Assembly (NCBI RefSeq): GCF_009914755.1
Contig: NC_060932.1
Source of the DNA: the human T2T-CHM13v2.0 reference genome, Homo sapiens
DNA length: 64,000 bases
Direction: 5' to 3' (one strand)
Shown: positions 1 to 17,169 of the stretch, in pieces
Numbering within the stretch: position 1 is the first letter of the stretch
Layout: each line of letters starts with the position of its first letter
Program-made: the position numbers and the translations under genes
Notes under the pieces: generated by a model
Told to the model about the DNA's origin: nothing
What the model saw: only the letters and a program-made list of their open reading frames with translations
Databases searched by the model: none

Positions 1-824
1 AACCCTCAGAAGTTGGGATCATATCCTCATTTTATAGATGAGGCCAGAAAGGCTCAGAGAGAATGAGTAATTTACCCAATGTCACCTAATAAGAGGCAGA
101 GCTGATCCCATGGTTGGTTCTGACCTACCAGCTGGCCCACCCTATTCCCCATCTAGATATGGGAGGAAGATGCTGTTCAGTATTTCCTGCTTAGATTCTG
201 AGCCAGGCACCTCTTCTCTCTATGAGTCTCTAAGACCTGCAAAGCTGAGAACGAGAGTCTGAAAAGGAGCTTCATCAAGTCCAGAAAATCCTCAAAGAAT
301 AGAAGGCATCAAGGATTAAGCCAGTGCTGGATCCTAAAGTTGCCTAGAGAATCAGAGGCTGCACACAGCTGTCATGCCTGTGGGATGAGGGCAGGGAGCC
401 AAGGCCACTGCAGGGGGCAGAGAGGACTTTGGAGGAGATGCCATTTGGGTTGTTGCATAAGATTCCATGTGGTTTAGGGTGAATGTAAGAGAAATTCAAA
501 TAAACCAGTGATAGCAGAAAGAAGAGGGGCATTTTATGTAATACATGTCAGAAATAATAACTAAATAAATACAGTACCAGGAGTGTAATATTGATCTCGT
601 TGGGAGAGCAGAACATTTTGTCTTGCCAGAGGTACTGAGATCAGCCATTGGTTGATAAGCAAAGCACTTTATAAGCTCTTCTCTTCAGATGATATTTTTG
701 AAAGTCTGGAGTAGTCTGTGGATGGATCAGGATGCTAAGCTCAATTATGATGATCACTGTTATTATTATCTTTATTTCTAAAAACAAAAGTTCTTAAAAG
801 TCTAAAATGACACCCCATAGATGC

Positions 825-1285
<461 letters not shown>

Positions 1286-1384
1286 TGAGTAACAAGACTT
1301 TCTAAGCCAATTGTACGTGGAGGTTGCCCCTGCTTTTAAGTAACCTCTAGGATTCACTGAGGGTCACTGTTGATTTGTCTCTGG

Positions 1385-1615
1385 CTCTGTTGTAGCAGAA
1401 AGAATCCAAGGCTATGGGTCAGAGGAGTCCAAATCTTGGTCTGAATCTGTCCCTGATTTATAATAGGGCCTTTGGCAAGTTATTTCAGCTCTCAGAGTCT
1501 CAGTTCACCCACCTGTGAAGTACAGGAGACAAATACTTATTCCACAGGGAATAAGCCAGACAGGTTAAATGAGATGATGTATGTGGAGACACCTGGCACC
1601 TGGTAGATGATCCAG
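1385..1615 (+). mobile_element. MIR SINE fragment
   Basis: ttggcaagttatttcagctctcagagtctcagtt...ttaaatgagatgatg...cctggcac is the MIR core. Confidence 0.65.
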
Positions 1616-2274
1616 ACGTGCCCTTTATCCCTATATCTGAGCCTGCAGCCGCTCAAGGCAAGCCCTCACTCCACATGTCTCCAGGGCACCCTGGGGGTCA
1701 CAGGCTGGAGCCCCAAGCTGCCCGTGCTCCGTTATTTCTCCCAGATAGGCCTTTGAGTTTGTGCTTGAGTGTTGGGAAAAGCAGTTAGTTTTCCAACATC
1801 TGTTCTAGTCCCTTCCTCAGCCCAAGACATTCCTCTCTTTCTTCCCCACCTTGTCCCTTCCCTCCTCTATCTTGCTGTCACCTGCATCCCACATGATTGC
1901 CCCTAGTTCCCTGCCTCAAAGGTTCTGTTTGGAGATTTGCCCTCTTTTAAGAGCAGTACCTTTCCAAGCCCCTCCTTGCAGTGCCATAGAAGCATCTAGA
2001 ATGGGGACCACCCCACTTCTCATCCTCCAGCTGAGAGGGAAGAAACAGCTGTGGGAGCCCCAATCCCTCACCTGGGACTGTCTGTTCACCCAGTCTCTGG
2101 CCCCAGAACCCCCAGACCTCATGACCCACTGCTTAGTGTTCATCAGGCACAAGCTCCCCTCGTGTCCCCATCAGTGGCTGCTGGGTTATACCAGGAATGA
2201 CCTCGATCTGCTGCCAGAGGGCCAGGGTTCAAATATCAGCCCTGAGGACACCAAAGGCACATGAGCAACTAAGG

Positions 2275-4070
<1,796 letters not shown>

Positions 4071-4849
4071 TAAGATGGAAATGCTTTTCCCATGCCTAGC
4101 TGAACTGCTTTGACGATTAGATAAGGGAGCACCTGATATCAGACCCTAAAGCTAAATTTTTAATAAGAAAGTAAAAAGATGTCAAATGCCCACTAATATC
4201 AGTTGGAATTCAGCCCCTTCTCCTTTCTTTTAAAATATATTTTAAAATATACCCCCCTTCTCCTTTCTTTTAAAATATATTTTACTCAATCTCATATATA
4301 TCATCACTTAATTATACCTTCCCTGCTACTTGTCCTTTAAGCATTCATCCCTAACTATAAATCTCTGCTCTTTATCATAAATCCCACAAAGAGAGAGATC
4401 ATCCTCATATCCTCCCTCCAAGCCTCTTGGTGCCTAACCCAGCACCAACCACACAATCATAATGGTACTGCCTTTTTTGTGTGTTTTAGTGTGCTGAGTC
4501 CCACGCTAAGCACTTTATCCACACTGTATTTTATTACATTCTTGCAATCATCTATGAGGTAGGTATTATCATGCCCAGTATACCGATAGGAAAACAAGGT
4601 CAGAAGGCAAGGGGCTCCTCCTGAGTCCTGCAGCTGGTGGATGACAGAGCCAGGATCCACGTTAACATCTGCCTGATTCCAAAGCCAGAGAGCTTAATCC
4701 CTGGATCACATCACAAGGACTTTAAAAAATCAGGATTAAGAAATTTGTTTCCACAATTGGATATGAGCTTTGAGAGAATCTTGGTGGAAAGGAAAGCCAG
4801 CAGGATGACATAGAAAGACACTTGTCTGTTGGAAAATAAAATGTAGATT

Positions 4850-5156
<307 letters not shown>

Positions 5157-5374
5157 TAGATTCTGATCCACAACTACCATTTTCTTTTTTGGGCTTCAGT
5201 TTTCCCATGAGTTTAAAGGGAGGCTGAATTGGTTGCTGTGATGGTGTGAGGACCTGAAGGAGACTCATTACCTAAGAGTGACAATTTCAAGCTTCCCTGT
5301 CTTTTTTTTTTTTTTTTTTTTTCAGGGATTGAGAGGGATTCTCAACTTTTTTTTCAAGGGGAAACTATAGAAAG

Positions 5375-5806
5375 TGTCAGGCCTCTGAGCCCAAGCCAAG
5401 CCATCACATCCCCTGTGACTTGCACGTATACATCCAGATGGCCTGAAGTAACTGAAGATCCACAAAAGAAGTAAAAAATAGCCTTAACTGATGACATTCC
5501 ACCATTGTGATTTGTTCCTGCCCCACCCTAACTAATCAATGTACTTTGTAACCTCCCCCACCCTTAAGAAGGTTCTTTGTAATTCTCCCCACCCTTGAGA
5601 ATGTACTTTGTGAGATCCACCCCTGCCGGCAAAACATTGCTCTTAACTTCACCGCCTATCCCAAACCCTATAAGAACTAATAATAATCCACCACTCTTTG
5701 CTGACTCTCTTTTCGGACTCAGCCCGCCTGCACCCAGGTGAAATAAACAGCCATGTTGCTCACACAAAGCCTGTTTGGTGGTCTCTTCACACGGACGCGT
5801 ATGAAA
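5375..5806 (+). mobile_element. Solo HERV-H LTR (LTR7 family, LTR7B/LTR7Y-type)
   Basis: Starts TGTCAGGCCTCTGAGCCCAAG, ends CACACGGACGCGTATGAAA; perfect 5-bp TSD GAAAG (5370-5374, 5807-5811); ~32-bp U3 repeats; AATAAA at 5742-5747; no PBS or internal sequence follows. Confidence 0.95.
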
Positions 5807-6790
5807 GAAAGTCATTCCAGTGTTTGAGAAATGGCCCCACACCCATACAGTCACCTAACTTGTTGTCAGACAAGAATTATGACAAGATCTCCTCAATTCA
5901 CAGTGGCTGGGTCTTTGGGGAGGTCCACATTTGTGCTCCACCCAGCAGGCTTGTAGTGGGTGTGGTGGGCTGCCCAGGGCCCCTTCAGGAACACTCTTGG
6001 CCCTCAGTTGCTGAGAGAGTTGTCAGCCATAAACTCAGAGCTGAATCCTCCCGACCAGGAATTGCTGGTAGTTGAAGGGAGCTGCCTCCCCTCAGGCCAT
6101 GCTTCTGTCCCCAGGCTGTCTGAATCCAATGACTGGTCTGAGTAGGGGCACAGAGCCAGGGCCTCTGACCCCAAATCAGCCCAACCCTGCAGGACCATTC
6201 ATACCCAGAGCTCCCTGAGGAGTCAACTTCGCAGCCCAGCTCCTCCTCCTACCCAACCTGACTTTCTCCCTTCCTACAAACGCTGATGGGGTCCACTCCC
6301 TCATACCCCTTCTCAACCCACATCTCTCCCCAGGCTTGCTTCCCAGGGAACCTGAGGTTGAACAGTGGTGTTCTGGTTCCTTCTGTATTTTGGATGAAGA
6401 AAGAGGGACCACACAGTGATTTAACTTGCCTCAGGTTACAGGTTTGTAAATACCCCTTCCCTGAGGGGTGTGGTTGCCCCCTAGTTTAGCGGGAAGACAG
6501 GTGTTGAAGTCCATCACCATGCTTACCTACCCTTTATCAGACAGCCAGGGCACCCCTTCCTCATGATGTAGGAGCCCCTACCTTGTTGCTATCGATGTCT
6601 TCACAATGTGTTAATATTGTCAGTTTATGGAACGGTCTCCCCAGTCTGTGAGCACAGGGACTGAGTTTTGTTCGGTCTAACCCATGCTCAGCACATCTGG
6701 AACAACCTTCCAACACCTTCCCATGACACACAGGGCCGTCTACGTCCTAGCTCTTGACCTCTCTCGAGCCTCGTTTCCTGACATTCCCTC

Positions 6791-7295
6791 TGCCGAGTCC
6801 GACCCACAGACCCTAGCCTAATGAGGGATGAACAAATGCACTCAGACACAGGTATTCAGTGAAAGAGTGGGCTAGGGAACCGGGCCACTCACAGACACCG
6901 AGGAGGGTGCTGTAAAGAGTTAGCAGCTGTGGCCCTGACAAGCCAGCGCTGCAGGCATTTATTCAGTATAGATTTAATGACAAAGACTTTGAGTCAACAC
7001 ACTTGTGGGCAATTCACATGGTTACCTCCATCACCGCCCCCTCCGCCCCCTTCCGAGAGAGTAATCCTGCACTCAGATGATTAAAGGGCAGGTTCCAAGG
7101 ACTAAGTAAACCAACTTATCTAGATCAGTTTCTTTACATCCGCTTGTTATCTAACCTAAGCTTTCAGGCACTGGATAAGAGAATCTGGCTGCCTCCAGCC
7201 AAATCTTTTCCCAAAGCTTTTGTAAAACCTTCCAGCCTTCCAAGAAGGTTTGCATCTTTCTATACTTTTTCCCACACGCTGACTGATCTCCTACA
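6791..7295 (-). mobile_element. Solo LTR22-like (HERV-K HML-5) LTR
   Basis: Minus strand begins TGTAGGAGATCAGTCAG...GCAAACCTTCTTGGAAGGCTGG; TG...CA ends; flanking direct repeat cctc(tg); minus-strand AATAAA at 6958-6963. Confidence 0.8.
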
Positions 7296-8002
7296 CCTCT
7301 GCTTTAGTCCCTGACCTCCACATTTGCACTACACAGAGTGACTTCCGTTGATGCCACCAACAACATGTAACTACTGAGCCTCAATCACTGATCTTGGAGC
7401 AGAGGATGACCTAGGTCTTGTCCCAGGGCAGCTCACCATAGAAGGAGAGGTAGACACACGAACAGACAATTACTCCAAACTGGTAGTGGATTCCATGGTG
7501 CTAGCAGGCATGGGGTGCTAGGAAAACATAAAGGGGGTCATTTCATTCCATGTTATGGGTCATTCTTGCCCTCGCAGAACTTACACTACACAGGTGGAGC
7601 CCACTCACAAGGAAGTAGGTTAAGTCAAACAGAAGATTTGCCTTAAGGTAGGTAGAGAAGGAACATGGTGCTCCAAGGGTAACCCCAGGCTTCTGAGTTG
7701 CAGCATCCTTTCCAGCCCTGTTGCTTTGCATATACTGTTCCCCTCACCTTAAGACTCTTTGCCCTTGACTTGGTGAACTCCTACTGACCTCTCAAGACCA
7801 ATCAAAGTCATCTCCCATGTTGATCCTTCTCTGGGCCTCCCAGAAAGCGTCTACCGCTCCTCTCTGTGTGACCCTTCATCTTGTTATAGAAACCTCTGGA
7901 TTAAAGGCCTGGGGGTATTGCATTTGCCATTTCATTTTCTGTGAACTTCTCCAAGGGAAACTGGTCATCTCTGTTTCCCAAGCACTGAGCATATGTCCTA
8001 GT

Positions 8003-8550
<548 letters not shown>

Positions 8551-9363
8551 ACCTTAGAACATTATAAATGGTCAGCTGATGCTCACTCAAATAAACACAT
8601 AGGAATGGAGAGATGAATAACAGAGACTACTGTTTTCCTGAATCAGATCAGTGCATTCAAATGAAGAAGTGGAGATGGTCAGGCAGTGGGTGGAAAATCA
8701 GATACAATCCTGCCAACTCTAGGGGAAAAAGTGCCTAACATCCTTCACCATCTCCTTCCCTATCTTCCTCATCTTCTGTTCAGCCTTCTTGAAGTAATAC
8801 CAAGTTCTAAGGCACGGGTGGTGATTTTAATCTATAAAGCAGATCTAGCTTGGCTTAGAGTTTCTCGAAAGCACCTTTCCTTCCTTAGGCTTCAGGCCAG
8901 AGGCAGAGATTGAGGGGTTGTTGATAGTTGCTATTATAGCTAAGCATGGGCAAGGGAAGGACAGTGGCATTTCCTGAGCACCTGTCACACACCTGGGATA
9001 TTACATATGTCATTGCACATGGTCACAGTATTCCCAGGTGGCAGAAATGATAACTTCATATGAAAGCTGAGGCAGCTGAGGCTCAGAGGAGCAAGATGAC
9101 TTTCCAAATACTATATTGCTAAACAGACCTAGATTTTCCTGAATTCAAAACCCTGCTTTTTGCACTGTAGTACTTTACAGTTGAACAGGTATAGCCCCAA
9201 GTATGTCCGGGGGTGCAGTTAGAGTGCATAGTTTGGAGCATGAGGGCGGCCTTCCCTGCACCTCACCTTTCTGCTACCTGGGTATAATAGAGCCCTGCTT
9301 CCTTGGCTCCTAAGAGGCTGCCTCCGCTCTGGTTGAGAACAAGTTCAACTGCTGCTCAGTTCA

Positions 9364-9787
<424 letters not shown>

Positions 9788-10427
9788 TCAGAGTATGAGG
9801 AGCAGGGGGGAGATTTGGATCTCAACTGAAAATCTATGACACAGAGCAGGTACTGGATTTCCCTTGTTTGGAAGAGCTCTGCCTCCCACTGTACTGCAGT
9901 CCCTCCCAGGTAGGGGCTAGGGAGGCTCTGGGAATGGGATGGAGTAGGCAGCTCAGTGGCACAGGAAGCTGGCCATGTGCATTTCCACACAAAATGTGAT
10001 CTGACTGGGACTTCTATTTGTTCAGCAAAAGTGTAAAAATAACAAATTGTGTTTGTAAAAAGTGACAATAAACAGAGAGAACAAGTGAGTGCCTATGATA
10101 GAGATATGCACCACCTCTGGGATGGCTGACCACACCTCCCCAGCTCCATAGTAGTCGCATTCTGACTCTGTCCATGCTGTGCGGGACACTGGGCTGGAAA
10201 GCACAAGCTTGCATGTTATCTAGGGAGCGGTTCTTAAACTTGTCTATGCATTAAAGTTACTTGGAAGGAGGGAAGAATCTAAACATGTTCATCCCCAGGC
10301 CATACCTTAGATCAATTCAGCCCACATCTCAGGGCATGAGTTTTTTGTTTGATTTCCATGTGAGTCTACCATGCAGCTGAACTTTGAGAATGAGTGGTAT
10401 TATGTCAATTGGCTTTCATAACAATCC

Positions 10428-10893
10428 TGAGATGGTTATTTTTATGTATCAACTTGACTAGGCCAAGGGGTCCCCAGATTAAACATTATTTCTTGTGTGT
10501 CAGTGAGGGTGTTTCAGATGAGATCAGCATTTGGATTGGATTCTGTAAAGTAAATTTCCCTCCCTAATGTGGGCTTCATCCAATCTGTTGAGGGCCTGAG
10601 GAATTAAAGGTGAAGAAAGGAGGTACTTGCCTCTTTTTCCAGCCTCATTGCCTGAATTGGATCATCTCTTTCATCATCATCTGCCCTCAGACTGGCATAT
10701 GCACCATAAACTCCATTGGTTCTCCTGCCTTCAGACTTGGCCTGAATAACACCACTGTCTTTCTTGGGTCTCTACCTTGCAGATGGCAGACAGTGGGACT
10801 TCTCAGCCACCATAATTGTGTGAGTCAATTCTTTATAACACATCTCCACATATTCTATTGGTTCTGTGTTTCTGGAGAGCTGTGACTAACACA
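10428..10893 (+). mobile_element. MLT2 (ERVL) solo LTR, MLT2C/D-like
   Basis: tgagatggttatttttatgtatcaacttgactagg...ctattggttctgtgtttctggagagctgtgactaacaca. Confidence 0.8.
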
Positions 10894-11811
10894 CCCTCTA
10901 AGAACAGGTTTTCTTCTAATCTGGGAAGCTTGGCTGGATCCAGCCCTTGTAGCCTTATTGCCCAGCTTGCCTCTGAAGTTGGGTTGAGGACATGGTGAGG
11001 ACACTAGGAGACACTGATACAGTGTCAGAGTGGCTTGGGATGGTGATGTTGTGGTGTCATGTGAGTAAGCATGTCTCACTCTGTAGGGTACAGCTGTGGC
11101 ATGCTCAAGGCAGTAGGATGGGGATAATTCAGATTTCATAGGATGAAATAGGTCATGCATGTAAAGTGCCTAGGGTATTACCTGGCAAGTAGTAATAAAA
11201 CAACAGTCATGAGAAGGACCACTACCACCATCGCCACCACCACAGCAACATCTACTATTTTTCTCTGCTTACCACCTGGCTTTGTACTTTACCTGGATAT
11301 TTTCATTTAATCCTCCCACCACCTTTAATCCTTCCACAACCCTAACAGTGCTCCAGTTAGGCACCATTAGTCTTATTTTAGAGACGAAGAAGTGGAAGTG
11401 CAGAGGCCGAAGGAGACCACCTGGTGCAGCTCCACTCCAGGGCTGTGCTGTGTGCCAAACCCTGACTCCCCAGGGAGCTACAAACCTGGGTCCAGTGGAA
11501 GCAGCTGAGGCTGGACAATAAGTGGAATCCATGAGAGAATCAGGATCCCAAGTCTCCAGGATTGCTATCTCCCTTTTCCTAGTAAGACTGAAAAAGGGAG
11601 AATAACATTCTCTGTTTGTTTTGGAGGGGACTCTCAGATGATTCTATCCTGCAAGGAACATTTTAATATGAAGGACCAAACAGAGTCTTGAAGCAAGATC
11701 AAATGATGGAGGAAAATGAGAGGATGAGGTTTAAAGAGACAGCTGAAGGTCTGGCACATCTCCTTAACTGGAAGACAAGCAGGAGAGATTTAATTTCAAA
11801 AATGTTACAAT

Positions 11812-12104
11812 CGCCATGTATGTTGGCTCAAGCCTGCAATCCCAGCACTCTGGGAGGCCGAGGTGGGGGTATTGCTGGAACTCAAGAGTTGGAGATTAGT
11901 CTGGGCACGATAGTGAGACCCTGTCTCTACAAAATTTCGGTTAAAAAAATTAGCTGGGCATAGTGGTGCATGCCTAGAGTCCTAGATACTCAGGAGGCTG
12001 AGGCGGAAGGATTGCTTGAGCCAGGAGTTTTAGGATGCAGTGAGCAATGATCACACCACTGCACTCTAGCCTGGGTGAAAGAGATGACCCTCTCTCAAAA
12101 GAAA
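11812..12104 (+). mobile_element. AluJ
   Basis: Diverged Alu with J features (ggattgcttgagcc, tagtgagaccctgtctctac). Confidence 0.88.
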
Positions 12105-13439
12105 GATTACAATCCTCTGTCCTGATAGATATTAGAATGAGAAAGCTGAGAAGGCCTTTCAGAGGATGAGATCTGGAGCAGTGGAGATGGCTGAGGACTG
12201 CAGAGGGGCTGGGGTGTGCAGAAGGGTGGATTTTCAGGGACCTTTCACTTTTTTACTGGGGTGTGATCCTGTGCCAATACCTTGGTCTCCCTCAGTATCA
12301 GCATCCTCATCTGGAGAGGAGGATGAGGTGAGATCACACACATCACCCTTGTGGCACATAAATAAATGTCTATCAAATCTGAGTCCTCAGTTATAGCTGA
12401 CAGGATGGACTTAGCAGGGGAAAGGAGTAACTGAAAGAATTCACTTGCAGAGTTGAGGATCTGCCAGGGTTGTCCTTTTGGGCATTTATTCTGTGTTAAG
12501 CATCTTTTGGAGTGTCATCTAATTCTCTTAACTTCTTGGATGAAAATTCCATTTGTATTGCAACTGGACTTAAATACAATCAGTGCATATACGTGGGCAC
12601 CCAAATTGCTAGAGCCATGGTGGGGTATGGAGGTGAGAATTAGAGGTAAATCCATTGAAACTACCCCATTTTATTGATGGGGAAATGAAGCCTGGAGAAG
12701 AGAGGGTTCCAGAGTGCCCCCATAATAGGATTAGGATTTAGGCTTTGTGATGCCTTTGTGTTGGCTAAGAGAAAGGGAAAAAAGGGAGGCAGAATGCTTG
12801 GTTCAGATCCATCCTACCCTTTCCTGGCTTTGTAACCTCAGGCAAGTTACTGAACCTCTCCATGCCTCAGCTTTCTCATCCAATTAATGGACAATAACAG
12901 TACCAAATTAATGGAATCATTGTAAGTTTAACCCTTGTACTTACTTATTCAGAGACAGACACTGCAGATCCATAGGTAAGTATAGAATGCATCTAACAAT
13001 CGAAGCGTATCAGACTGTACACCAACTATACATCATGGTCATATACGTTTTAGATGAAATGGTTAGGAATGGAGTCCTTGGAGTCAAAGTGGCAAAGGTG
13101 CAAGCCCCAGCTGTGTAAACTTGAATAAAGATCTTCCTGTTTCTGACCTGCAGTTTCCTCAACTGTGGACTTCCTGATTGGTAGAGTCCCAGCACAGGGC
13201 CTTATGGGTTGGCAGTATGTGTTAGACAGCACTTGCTGCACTGACATGACTCAGCAGAGAAGTCATTGCTTGTCATGGCGATTCTGAGGGGGGCACATGC
13301 TTCTTTCTTGCATGTAAGGGAGGGGATAGGCAGCTCTGTTACACCAGCACCATTTGTGTTTATTTGTTTGGTTTTAGCATTTTGCATTTTGAATCAACAG
13401 AGTTTTTAATTGCACAAAACATTACAAGTATTGCTTTAT

Positions 13440-14505
13440 ACAGTCACTACTTACTTATATTTATCCTCCCCAACGTTCTTTTATCACACTCTTATTTTCA
13501 TGTTTCTCCCTGGGATTGTTTTCCTCTTGTGTGATGAACACTCTATTTTTTGTCTCTTTCTGTTTCAGCTTGCCTGAAAATATTTTGTCTTCTTCATTTT
13601 CAAAGGATAACTTTACTGCCTATATAAGATTCTAGTTGGCAGTTATTTCCTTTTTTGCAACTGAAAGATGTTATTCCATTGTCTTCCAGTTCATATTGTT
13701 TCTGTTAAAAAGTAAGCTATCAGTCCTATTGATATTCCTTTGAAGGGAATCTCTCTGTTCATCTTCCTTTTCCCCTCTCCCTCTCTCAGGTTCACAGTTC
13801 ACGGGCCCTTCTTTCCCTCCCTCCCTCCCTTCCTCTCTTTCTTCTTCCCTCCCTTCCTCCCTTCCTTTCTTTCTCTCTCTGTCTTTAAATAAAAGTAAAG
13901 TGTAATATACATACAGAAAAGTGCACCTAACCTAAGTATATAAATAGCTTAATGAACTTTCACAAGCTGAACACACTCATGAAATCAGCAGACCAATAAA
14001 GATACAGACGGTGACCCATGCCTCAAGACACTCACTTCCAACACCATCACTATATATTTGTTTTTTTCTTTTTCTGTACTTTATATATATTGAATCAGGT
14101 AGACTCTTGTGTTGGCTTCTTTTGCCACACATTATGTTTGTGAGGTTTCTTCATAAACCTGATGTGTGTAGTTGCTGGGCTGTGTCCTCAGTGCTCTGTA
14201 ATATTCCATGATGTGAAGGGTCCACAATTGATCCATTTGTCCAGTCTACAGTGAATGGGCATTTGGGTATTTCCACCAGAAGCTGTGTTGGTATGAGTAC
14301 CTTAGTGCATGTCTTGGATAAACATAGCTAGGAGCAGAATTGCTGGTCAAAGTTTGTGTGTGTATTCGACCTTTGTAGGTACTGCCAAACAGTTGCATAA
14401 AGGGGTTATGGTTTCCATCTTCAGTGACTAGCAGATCCATCTGTTTCATACCTCCCTGAGACTAGGTAACTTTGTAGTTTATATTTAAATCATTCTGGAG
14501 GGTGC
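13440..14505 (-). mobile_element. Very old L1ME-type fragments with a (CT)-rich tract at ~13750-13885
   Basis: ttccattgtcttcc, tatacatacagaaaagtgcac, gggcatttgggtatttcc...gaattgctgg motifs; limits approximate. Confidence 0.6.
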
Positions 14506-14801
14506 AGCAAGCTTTTTTGAGCTTAGCACAGACACCCTTATTGGACTGGAAACCACAAGTTCACAGGCCATTGCAGACCAGAAACCAGAGATGTGAGGCA
14601 GGAAGCAGAGGCAGGAAGAGGGCACCTGACAGCTATAGACCCTGAGGCCAGATAAAGCATTATGATTTCCACTTTACAGATGAAGAAAGAGAGGCCTAGA
14701 GAGCTGGAGTGACATGCCCAAGGCCACAGTATTGCTAGGAGACAGGATCTGGATTAGACTATATTTTTACCAGAAGTAAAGCCCCAGTCATACCTCACTG
14801 A

Positions 14802-15200
<399 letters not shown>

Positions 15201-17169
15201 GCTCCTGGCCTCTTTGTACAAAAAAAAATAAAAAAATAAAAAAATAAAAATCAGTGACAGCAAGTAGGTAAAATGTGGTTGTCTATTTTATTCCTACACT
15301 GATTTACATGTGAGAAGACTGAGGCTCAAAGAGGTGAGGTGATTTGCTTATGTTAATGTAGCTAGTGGGTGGCCAAGCAGACTCCAGGCCTATTGAGCTC
15401 CCTGCCACCTTGCCTGTTTACCTCAGTGGCTTCCAGGGCAGTTCTGAGAAAAGCAGAAAGCAGATTTCTGTTTTATTTTCTTGGCATGAATTAACGTTTG
15501 TCTTGAGCCATAATGTGAGGACTGTTTCCAAATGGGTATACGTGCATACATACATGTGTTTGTGTATGTGTGTGTGCATGTGTGTGTGTAAAGACAGCAT
15601 TGTTGAAGTGGTCCCAGCATGTCAGACACAACTATTCATCTTTATTTTGATTTCTAAATCTTCACCAAAGTAGGTTTTGACTACAGGACTCTGTTCCATG
15701 TTTTGCAAATGAACTGGTGATGGATATAAATGAATGTGTGTGTATGGGGCGGGGAGGGGGAGCGGGACGCACACACAAACACTCATGCAGGCTTTACCCA
15801 TAGCCCTGTCTTGAGCATGAATAGGTTAAGAATAAAAGCATTCATTGCTCAGGGTGCTGCCTGAAATTCTGGAATGTTAGGAAATATGTTTACAGTTTAC
15901 TCCTAGGTCCTGGATAGAACCCAGAAATAGGGCAGGCAAAGGAACCCAGCTTATGGTGAATGTCTTTCCACTCACCCACCCATCCATCCCCCAAACATTC
16001 ACTGAGTACTCATATTCACCATACACTGAGCTGGGTGCTGGGGTATGAAGATGAGCCATACATAGTGCTGGTCTTTGCAGAGATTTGGAGCGATGAATAT
16101 CAATACATCTGTGTGAGAAGTGCCCTGACTGTGTACAGGCACAATGGAAACTCCATGAGGACAGGCAGGGGCCTTCCCTTTCCAGCTCACCTCTGTGTCT
16201 CTCATAACTGGTATAGTCCTGGGGACACAGAAGGCCCTCATAAGTATGCTGTATGGTGAGTGTGAGGGTGGCGCTGTGTTGACTTAGGGAATCGGAGTGG
16301 AGGGAAGTTAGCTAATACAGAAGCCTATGAGCTAATAAGCTTAGCTAATAAGAAGCTGGGTACCCATTCATTCATCCGTCCATCCATTCATTCACTCTTC
16401 ATACCCTCAGGTGTTAACTGAGCCATTTGCTCTTGTGGTGCTCCTCATCCAGCAGGGAGAATCAGTGATGACTAAATTGCAACACAACTTGGAAAATGCC
16501 GCACCAAGGTCAGTGTGATATGTGGAACTCCAGAGGAAGCAGGGCCAGAAGTCCAAGGGAGGGTGTGAGGCTCCCCAGAGCGGGTGGCAATTGAGCTGGC
16601 CTTTGAGCACAACGGCAGTTTGCAGGTTTTCAAAGGGAGTGGTGTGAAGATGTCAGCGAGACTGGGGCACCATGGAAGGGGAGCTTTCTGAACCCTGAAG
16701 ACCCCAAGTTTGGTGAAACTGACAGCACATCCCAACACTGCCATATGTGTGGATGAGCTTTACAAACTGTGAAGCACCCTGTGAATAATCAGTGCAGGCT
16801 AAGCAGAGTAATACTCATTTGAATGCCTGTAAATGTTGGCACCACAAGGTGTTGGCTCTGAGAGGAGGCATCACCACTCTTGACACTGCAGCCAGACACA
16901 GAGCTTGATGTCAGGCAGTGGGAATGGGGCTGAAGTGCTGGGTAGGAGTGGGTGATTCATTGGATTTCAGTGGGAAGAAGGTGGCGTGAGGCAGACCTTG
17001 AGGTCTCTTACTGGGTGACTGTGGGAAGCATGGAGCCATGCCCTGAGAGACAGAGAGGGTGGGAGAAGGCTCATGGTGATGTGTCCTTCCTGCCCTCCCA
17101 AGCCCCTCCTGACTTGCACGGAAACACTGAAATTAATTTCCCACAAAGTCAGGCTTAATGCTTGTCATC

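Noticed and set aside
12929-12940. TTAACCC as a piggyBac terminus
   Set aside because: No matching GGGTTAA end nearby and no MER75/MER85 similarity.
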